Of a DNA stretch of 64,000 nt, positions 54,351 to 64,000 are shown piece by piece. This DNA is from Camelus dromedarius (Eukaryota): the NCBI RefSeq assembly GCF_036321535.1, contig NC_087472.1:99822001-99886000 (forward strand), given 5' to 3'. The notes below the pieces were generated by a model that worked only from the letters and a program-made list of their open reading frames with translations, was not told the DNA's origin and did not search any database. Numbering within the stretch: position 1 is the stretch's first letter; every line of letters begins with the position of its first letter. A program made the position numbers and the translations under genes.

Positions 54351-57300
54351 GATCACTTGGGTCCAGAGCCTCCCAGCAGGTGGCTCCCAGAATGGGGCAG
54401 GAACTGCAGAGGTGGTTCTAGGGGCTGGGGGGGCCAGCCCCAGGTCACTGCCCATGGCTGCAGCCTCAGATGGTGCCTTCCTCTCCGAAGCAGCCTCTTT
54501 GTCTGTGAAGGGAGACGGTACCCAGATCCTGGTAGAGTTTTTGTATGAGCTGCAGTTATTTTCTTAAGTGCCAGGTACTGGGAAGCTCTGGGGACCCAAG
54601 GATGAATAAATAAAAATGCATGTTGAGTCCAGCTACACATTATTAATATTACTATTAATAATGATGAGCACCTGGTATAAAGGGAGCTCATAGTAGGGGC
54701 TTTTTTGGCCCCTTTCCAGGATAAGTCCAATTTGGGCATATAAATGAAAATTGCTACTATTCTTAACCCCCAAATATTACACTCTTCTATTATGTTCATG
54801 CAAGTAAGTACAGAGTACCTGTAAGGTTGTTTTGTTTTTTTAATCTGATCAGTATTATTGGAGGTCTTAAACCACATTGTTAGAATTTGAAAAAAAATTT
54901 GGTTCACATGCCCGCTAAATGTACAGATTCTTCAGACTGATAAATTTTGACATGAAAAAAAAGTCAGTGTCTCCAAAAACAGGAAGCAGGACATTCCATG
55001 TTTATAATGCAGAGTAAATGTGATGCATTGCATGACATCTTTATTCAGGGAAGCCTTAAGGAACAGATACTGTCTTCCTAAGTTTATTGAGAAACATGAA
55101 ATGGAATGAATGGTAGTCCTGTGAAATAAAAATGGTAATTTTTAGAATAAAAGTTTTCATATGTGAACAAGTTGCATGACCACGAAACTTCTTTTTAGCT
55201 TTTCAACTTATCCATTCAACTTTTACTTGAAGACCTTTTTAAAATTGTATTTTCACGTAGGGTTTCTTTTTCAGGGGGGAGGTAGAGAAATACATGTAAA
55301 CACATCCGTAGCGTAGATAATAGTGAAAGGACGACCGTCTCCCTTCCGTGCAATACGCACACTGTGTGCTGGAAGAAAGTCTCTTGTGCCCTTGTCTTCC
55401 TACCAAGTAATTTCAGCCTCTTCTGCTGTAACCTTTGAGCCTGGTAGATCAGCTGCATTCAGCACATCCTTACCGAGGTCTGTGCCGGAACTCAGCAGGC
55501 TTTGACCTGGAGCAGTTGTGCCCAGTGATCCTAGAAGCTGGAGTCAGGGTTTATTAGCCCCAAGACCTTGGGGAAGCTATTTAATCCCTCGGCCCAGGTA
55601 GCCATTGATCTCCTCCTGTGAAAATACAGGAAGCGCAACATCAGTGTACCTCTTTGCTAGTGTACTCGGGGGGCCTGAGATGATGCGCGTGGGGCAACTC
55701 AGAGTGGTGTGTGATGCCTACTAATCCGTCAACAAATATTAGCTGTTAATATAAGTGTTAAGCCAGCTGGAGAGACTGGAAAAATACAGAGATGGTGTTT
55801 GTCAGCTGGATGCTGTGAGCAGTGGTGCCCAGGTGGAGGTAGAGCACAGGTTTATTTGTGGAAGGGAGGTAACAGCCCTGGAAGATGGAAGGGCCGGGGA
55901 GCAGAGCAGGGAGGGCCGCCGACTGCAATGCCTTCTGCCCCAGCCAGCCTGGCAGGGAGCTTCTGAGCAAAGCCTGCATGACAGAAGAGCAGAAATGGCC
56001 GGGCACTGGCACTCCCCTTCTCCAGCAGTGCCTGGGTTGGGGGTGGGAGGAAGGTGATCTCGGGAGGAAGGTGATCTCGGGTGGAAGACAAGCTAGGATT
56101 TGGGGCAGAGGCTGAAAACATGAGTTCTGTCCTGAAGGGACGTGTGGGCAGTGCACCTCCAGGACTGCCCAGGAGACATTTGTTTCACTTTAGTTTTTTA
56201 ACTCCCAAGAGGATTTGAAGTAACGTTATTTCCTCCCCAGGCTCAGGGGTACGTTTCCTCATCTTTCTGCCACCGAGGAAGATTAGACAAGAAGTTCTTG
56301 CGGGAGGTTCAGGGAGAGCTGAGGTGAAAACGTGAATATCTCTTTAACGTGTGGTCACCACACGCATTGATGCAAAAGCTACACACGTGTGTATTTAGCT
56401 GTTTGTGGAACGAGGTGCAGGACGCTGGTCTGGTGTAGGCCTTCACTGCCTGTTTCACTCGTCACGAAGGAATGAGTGTTTAATTGGTTGTCATCTTTCC
56501 TCTGGGACCACCAGGTTTTTCTCAAGAAAACCAACAGAGGGATGATATCCTGTGTCTGGGAGTCCGGGTGGAAAACAAAGTGGGCTGGCCTGCGTTTGTT
56601 AGCCGAGAGGTTGTCCGAGCCAAACCACATCCTGCCCCAGGTTTCTGGAGGCAGGTGGTCCCAGATGGAGGCCCAGAGGGAGGAGCCGAGGAGCTGGGCG
56701 AACCTGGCTCTCCCGAAAGGCCCAGGGTGCTGAGAGAGGCGGGGCACTCCGTTCCCAGGTGGTGTGGGGACGTTCTGGCCTCTGTCTCCTCTTACACCGA
56801 GCCTTTCTTCAAAGGAGGCAGAACAGCTCATTGGTGGCCGTGCTGAAGCTCTCAGGGCTGTAATTTTCCTGACTGTAAAACAAGGCCACTGTCAAGATCT
56901 GAGATAACTAGTACCGGTACAGTGGGGGCCAGGTTACCACCAAAAAGGACTGGTTTCTGCAAATCATGGAAGAAAAAATAAATGAAAATTGTATTTAAAA
57001 GATGTACATTTTAGTCATGACTGTAATAAACTGTAATTGGCATCGATGTAGGTGTTAAAATGTGGCCATGTTCTTAGCCAGACTTGCGTGTCTGGACAGC
57101 ATCTCCTTGTCTGCAGTGTGATGCCGGCTGCTGGACACTTTGGTTGCTTGGGATTGGCTTTCTGACCACATGTAATTCATAGGAAAGAAACGACCTCCAG
57201 AGCAATAGGTTGGCAGATTATGGGCGAAAGATACATTACAACTATTTAAAACCATAATTATTATCAATTTATAACTGCTAGACCCATAGTCACACTGTCA

Positions 57301-59389
57301 TATTGGGGCCTTCATAGGCACAAATAGGAAAGGAATCAGGTTTATTGCTGTCATTCTGTAACTGCTGTTTAACAACTTGGCTTATATTCAATCTTTAACT
57401 GTTTCAGTTGCAAAATCATGAGTGCGTGCACAACTTTTTTCTCTTCAAATCTCAAAAATGGAATAATGGCCAACCTGACTAGAAACAAAGTACATCTGCG
57501 ATATGAAAGTCGCTTCATCTGTTCTGTATGAAACAAGTAATTATGACATTAGGCTCTGGTGGTACAGAATGTGAACTTTGAAACACATTTGAATATAGAG
57601 CACGTCTATGTGTGGTTTCAACTGTTGAGAAATTGCTCTTTGTGCTTATTGGTATTTTTTTAGGGAACGCTCTGTTATTTGGTTCAAAATGTCACATGAC
57701 AGGTGATCTCTTTGGTCCATATGATCCATGCAGTTGTAGTGTGAGCTTCTCCTGTCAGTGGTGGTTAAAAATCTGTACACCTTTCTTCTCTTTTAGCCTC
57801 TGGTATTTTTTGTTCAGTTGAACTCATCTTTTTATCTTAAAACTTGAATTCGAATGGGTTCCATTAACAGATGTTTTAAGGTGACCATTAAGTCTAGGGT
57901 GCTGCCAACTTTCAGCTAAACATAGTCCCCAGCCCTCGAGCTAGAGATGAACTCTAGATTCGAGCCTGTTGCAAGGCAGGGATGTAGTTGATTTGTAAGC
58001 AACCCTTGTAACGACATAATGTAGTTGACAAGCGATGGTTCTCGGACAGGGGAAGTGTGTTATTTAGCTGTCTCACTGGTCACCCTGATTGCACTTCTAC
58101 CTGGGGTGCATCTCCCAGAGCCACACATGGTAATTAAAACTATAGATTCATCATTGGTGGCAGCATCCCATTTTAGTCTTCTTACATACAGACTGAGGCC
58201 TCTCTTCATTCGTTGTAATAAAAGCCAAATGAAGATGCATTCCACTTTATTGAAAATGGTTTCCTTTTTTCCCCCTTTTAATTGGAACGTACAAGTGAAT
58301 ACTAAAGCATAAAAATAATTAAAAGTCACTCTCTTTGCTGATGAAACTTACAGTAGGGCTCTTCTTGGCCTGTGTCAGGCATTGCTGTCCCCAAACCACC
58401 AGTCATGCAGGCTCCTCGCAGCCCTGTAACCCATCGTGGTGTCTGTCAGGATGGCAGAGATTGGTAGATTATTCATGTCTGTCCATTTTCTCCCCTAGAG
58501 TGGCTAGAATGGTCTTAAGTACAGATAAGAAGTGTGTTAAATATTCATCTGGTTTAATTGAATTTAATATACAATCCTTAAGATTAATCTGAAGTTTTGG
58601 AATCATTAATGGTTCATTTTTTCCCCACAGCATATAATTTACTTGCTATTATCTAAGGTAGTGAATTATTTAAGTAATAAGGGGACGTTCTTTCCATGAG
58701 CTAGATTTTACCAAGACATTGTTGCTTTCATTTATATACGATTTCTGGTTATATTGAGTTAGGAACGCAGGTAAGGGGAGGAGCGGCAGCCCCAGGTTTG
58801 TGATATTAGGTTCCCAGGTGTTTCATGATGTATTGCAGCCTGGGATCTAACACTTGCTGAATGACCTGTGGTCCAGAGGCACGTGCATCAGTAACTTCAA
58901 ATTTCTGTGAATATGAATAATAATCGTTGGCTATCAATTTAAAGGACAATGAATCAATTAACATGTAATATTGTCATATACTTTGACTTATAAACATGCA
59001 CACATAAATTGTTCTCTTTAGGACATTTATTTTTCTATTTGAGTTTCTTTCACTTCTTTGACACTGAAATTTAATGGTGTGTTGGGGTGATTTGTATTTT
59101 TTTCGTAACAGTTTCTGAAGTGTTGCCAAGAATGCTGGTTGTTTTTAAAAATTCAGGTGATTTCTATATATTGTTGAACAAGAACCAAGGCTGTATTCGT
59201 ATCTCAGTCTATTTATATTACAGTACTGTTTTCCACCACAGCCACCCACACCTTGATTTTGAAATGTTACTGAACTATTAAAATGTAGCAGAACATAAGA
59301 ATATAAATATCTACCTATCCACCACCAAGTTTTATCAAATGTTACCATTTTATCATACTGATTTCTGATTCTTTAAAAATCAGTAAACA

Positions 59390-60570
59390 GACTTCCAGTT
59401 TCAGCTCAGAGATGTAGAGAGCTGCAGAAACGTCCCTCCCACGCTTACAAGAAAAAATCTGGACAGACTAGAAATTAACAGAGAACTGAGTTCACGAGCA
59501 AACAGCCATTTCAGAATCTTGAGAGAGAGACGCACTTTCTGAGACACAACACTTCTGTGTACTAGAGACCAAAGCCACTGGACACCACAGAAGTAGGTAG
59601 GAAGATCAAGCTGAAGTTTGGACAGATTGCTGGAGGCTGAGTGTGGGCTAGCTTGAGTGTGAAGCTCGTCTGAGCTTGTGAAGGTCCTGGGGGCAGCAGT
59701 GGGGGAGAAGGGAGTCCCACCCTTTTGCAGGCCTTTCCTCCAGGAACCCCACCTGGCTCTCACAGGGAAGACTGGGGAAAATCCAGAGAAAACTCACAGT
59801 GCGGGCTGGGGATACTGGCTCAGGAGCCACTGAGACATCCACTGGGACCCTTGTCCCTTAAGGAACAGAAGGCATATTCTGCAGGGGGAAGGACATGGGC
59901 TGAGGGCGTTGGCGAAATTCCATTGCATCTGGAGGAAGGAATTCCACTCAGCCCCAGCCCCCTACCTCACCCCCCAAAAGTCTCAATCTACAGGGAGAAG
60001 GGCCTCAAGGCTGGGGACTGAGAAGCTGGTGGGCACCCCCTGCAGCTGGGGGCAAGGGGTGGGAGAGCTCCACCCCCAGAGGAGGGGCAGAAGCACTTGC
60101 AAAGGCTAACTCCCACCCCCCAGACACAGGCCCAGGCCCACTGTGCACACCAAAGACTAAGGCTTAGAATATTCGGGAACCCAGCATGCTAACAGGCCTC
60201 CAGGAATAACAGCAATGGATTACAGCAGGGAGAGCTGCATGAGACAGGCTGTCTCTGGGGAGCAGCACAAAGGGAAGCCCTGAAGCTGGGAGAGGGAACA
60301 ACAACAACAAAAAGATCACTAGAGGAATTGGAAGTTTCTGATGTCTATCGGAATAACACACCTCAACACAGCCCAACTCGTGACTAGATTAACATAAATC
60401 CCCACACTAAGGGCTCATGTACCCCAGTATCTACTGCCCTATACAAAATGTCTGGCTTCAACCAAAAATTACAAGGCATGCCAGAAGGCAAGAAGATGTG
60501 GTCTGAAGAGAGGAAGCAGTCATCACAGTGGACACAGATTGGACACAGTTGTTGGAACCCTCAAACAAGT
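59390..60570 (+). mobile_element. Old L1 5'-region fragment
   Basis: Starts GACTTCCAGTTTCAGCTCAGAGATGTAGAG and ends with AAAATTACAAGGCATGCCAGAAGGCAAGAA…GTTGGAAC, resembling old L1M 5'UTR/ORF1 starts. Confidence 0.6.
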
Positions 60571-62002
60571 AAAAACACGTCTATTAGGTAGCTCTGTCCG
60601 CTGAGTGCCCCTTATGTGCCAGGTGCCATTTCAGGAATGTGCTTAACAAGGTCTGTGCCCTTAGGGACCGTACATTCTAACAGAGGAGAGAGAGCATAAC
60701 TGCAGACAAACAAAAAGGTAACTATAGATCGTGAAACATGCAACAAGGAAATGCAGGAGAAGAAAAGGATAGAGTGACTGGTGGAATGTGGGAGCTGTTT
60801 CAACCAGAGTCATCAGAGAAGGTCTCTTGGGGGAGGTGACACTGTAGCTCACTCTCGAGTGATGAGCAGGGTCCTTCCATTCCTAAGGGCCATCTAAGTA
60901 GAGATCAGCAAGTGCAAAGGCCCTGAGGCATGAATAATCTTGGCTCCCCTCAGCATAATATTAGTGCTCTAGAAAGTCACAGCGCTTTGGGAATGATGAA
61001 AGCAACCCTTGCACTGTCAAGGCTAACCCAGGGAGGAAATTGTAGGTGGGTTCCATCAAATTCTTTTTCTCTTTTTAAAAGACATACAGGAATTACTCCT
61101 CTCTTCCTGCATTTTGGGGGACTGGGAGAATTCATTATACCTTTTTTATAACCACTCCAGGACTTGGCACAGAGTGAAAAGGAGTATAAATTTGCTGTTG
61201 TGAGCAGAGGCCTCATTATTTATCCAAAGTCTGTTATTCTTTATAATTGTAGAGAATGTGCATTAATTCAGCTAATCTTCACCCCTCCCCCACCCCACGT
61301 AGTGATGATTCCTATATTACAGATGGGAAAACTGAAGCCCAGAGAGGTTACCTGACTTAATGGAGATTGCAGATCTATTATAGGTCAACCTTGGTATTTG
61401 AACCCCAGTAGCCTGACTTCCCATGATTGCCTTGTAGGAACTAACTGGAAGGATGGATATTCTCAAAATGAGCCTCTGGTGAAAAAAAAGGGAGGGGACA
61501 TCATTGTTCAATTTTTAGGATAACTCAATTTATTTTAAAGTATTGGTTAGCGAAACTGCCCAGGGGAGTGGATTTAATAAACACACTTTGAAGAATCTAT
61601 CATTTGTTCCTTTGTCATGTGTGCTTAAATACAGATGAAAATGGTTGGTTTAAATAGTTTCAACATCCCAGTTCCCTCTGCTGTCTTACTACTACATATG
61701 TTACTCTGTAGTATTAATACTGTGAAGGCAATATTGTCTGGCACTTGCGAACCCAGAATATTCTGGAAATCAGCATTTGTGATCTCAATAACTGTTATGT
61801 CATTGATACCCATCTGCTGTTTTGTAGACTACATTTGCACCTGCTCAAATGCTTTTCATAATTTTTTCTATAATAATTCTTATTCTTTGAGAATAAGTCA
61901 TATACCATATTAAGTACACTATCAGAGAGAAGAACTTTATATATTCATTGATTTCTGAGGTTTTTTTGCCATTAGAGGAAAGAAAAAAAAACTTCCCCAC
62001 AA

Positions 62003-62151
62003 ATCCCAAACTCCTACTTTATCCTTCCAATAAACAACAGGGTCCTACTGTTTAACGAGAAAGAATATATGTGTGTATAACTGAATCACTATACTGTACA
62101 CCAGAAACTAAGACAACACTGTAAATTGACTATACTTCAATATAGAATTTT
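62003..62151 (+). mobile_element. Very short 5'-inverted L1 3'UTR insertion
   Basis: Perfect 19-bp TSD AAAAAAAACTTCCCCACAA (61984-62002, 62152-62170). 62003-62028 is inverted L1 3'UTR; the rest is in forward orientation. Confidence 0.85.
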
Positions 62152-64000
62152 AAAAAAAACTTCCCCACAAGCACCTCTCTTGACACAACTGAAGGGTTGC
62201 TGGTGTTTGGTAACGGAACATTTGTTGAAGGAAATGCAATCTGGGTGAAGTGTTCTCTACCCAGTACTCATAACAGCATCTCCTGTGTGCATAGTTCTCT
62301 TACTGTACGATTCATGGTATTGGATGCTGGGTGGGAAAAACAGCAAACTTTTATACACCATTTCCCATGGACCAGAGAGGTTAAGTAACTTGCCCAGGGG
62401 AAAACAGATAGTCACTGCCAGAGCTAGATTTGAACCTGTGGGTGGTTTAACTCGAGTCCCTGCTCTCTCACTCCGAACTGTACTACAGTACAGGGTTACA
62501 GAATTATCTGGTGGCCTTGGCTACATTAAAACAACAGCAACAGCAACAATACAAATCCTAATTAGCATGAGGGGTACCCTAATCTGTCAGGTTCTAAGAA
62601 CCTGCTAGGAGTCTTGGCTGAGCTGGGTGTGAGGCTACTGTGAGAGTTTTTTTTTTTAATATGTAGCCACATTCAATTGGAACCACGACTTCCTGTGAAT
62701 GCCTTATGATGTTATTTGAAGAAGGGCAACAAGCATATGAATTTCTAAAAAGTTTCTTGAATTATATTGATTTTTAAGAATGGATGCAATTAGTAGTTCT
62801 CATTAGTCCTAAGGATTATTTATCTTGGCATGCTTTGCTTCCACATGGAGCTTTTAATACACAGAGACTTTGCAGCTTCTGCTGCTGTGATGGTATAGGA
62901 GTCAGACGTGGCTGGTAGCTTTAAACATGCGCAGTAATGCACGTGTGGATGCTGCCAGCACAAATGGAAAAATGTATCGCCTTAATTGAAAAAACAGGCT
63001 GTGTCTAGCCTTTTGACTCCCTTTACATTTAATCTGACTACTCACAGTTTCTGGGAGGGTGGGAGGGAGGGAGGGAGCGGGATTTGGCCCTGTTGTTCAT
63101 CCGAAAGATCTTGACAAATTGAGCAGCCTGAATTCTGATGGTAACCCCCCCGCCCCACTGCTCCTCTCACTTGTCAAAGGGAAACAAGCAAGACACAACC
63201 AGGGAGATTCTGAAGCCAGATGATGGTGTAGTTCGAGCTTCTCAAACTCTACAGTGCCTTCTTACAGATCCATTCTGCCTACTCCATCTTGATAAAATGC
63301 AGATTCGGATTCAGGGAGTCTGGGCTGGGTGGGTGGGGGAAGGCTGAGATTGATCCTACTTTGAGTAGCAGGGCTGTAACTGACCCTGTCCACCCAGCCT
63401 TCTATTTTTAGGGCTGTCTTGATCACCTGAATCACCTGGGGGAGTTTGAACACCGTGGATCCCCAGGCTCCACACCAAACCAATACATTAGAGTCACTGG
63501 GGCTGAGGCCAGATAGATGTTTAGGAAGAAAAAAAAGCTACTGAAGTGATTTGATAATAAATCTGCCAGCTTTTTTTTTTTTTCGGTGGGGGGAGCAGGT
63601 AATGACAGCTTTGAAAATTTCACTGTAGGAATCAGATTGAGATGCTTAAAGACAAACTTTCTGACATCCTAAGAGCTTCCTGTTTGATCTAAGCTATATG
63701 AGAAATCTTAGCACCCTCCCACCCTCCTCCCCGCCCGCACCCAAGGGAGTTGACCGGTTCTTCTTCATGATTGTGCCCAGTCTGCCTTAAATCAGAGAGC
63801 ACAGAGGAAAAAGGAGAGCACTTAATGATTAGTTTGTTGACCTGCTTAGCATTAGATAATGTCTGCGAAGGCTCCCGGAGTACGTCCAGGGAAGCTGGGG
63901 CCCAAATATGGAAAAGAGGAGTCATGATTATGAGGTAGGAGTTGAAATTACTGTCGCGAATAAAGTGTTGTTTCAGCTCTTTCCTGCGCTCCTGGGTTTG

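Overview
Mammalian genomic DNA, most likely a camelid given six copies of a tRNA-Ala-derived, Vic-1-like SINE. The window is almost entirely intronic sequence of SH3KBP1 (CIN85; X-linked in eutherians), transcribed on the + strand. Only one host coding exon is present: 35485-35642, 158 nt, encoding the SH3A domain. The rest is mostly interspersed repeats (old and young L1s, SINEs, MaLR LTRs, MER-type hAT elements, L2, MIR) and microsatellites. The most notable locus is an old sense-oriented L1 of about 8 kb (~45.3-53.4 kb) that received five younger insertions. One is a full-length processed copy of TUBA1A mRNA with an uninterrupted 453-aa ORF, about 27 substitutions and a lost stop codon (EEY* to EEYSS*). 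It landed in the target-site duplication of an earlier L1 fragment, leaving three copies of one target site. Also seen: a 5S rRNA pseudogene lacking box A, an L1 with a short 3' transduction, and a twin-primed (5'-inverted) micro-L1. I see no evidence of a wholly new multi-gene system. Repeat subfamily names and reference sequences are recalled from memory, and boundaries without TSDs are approximate.
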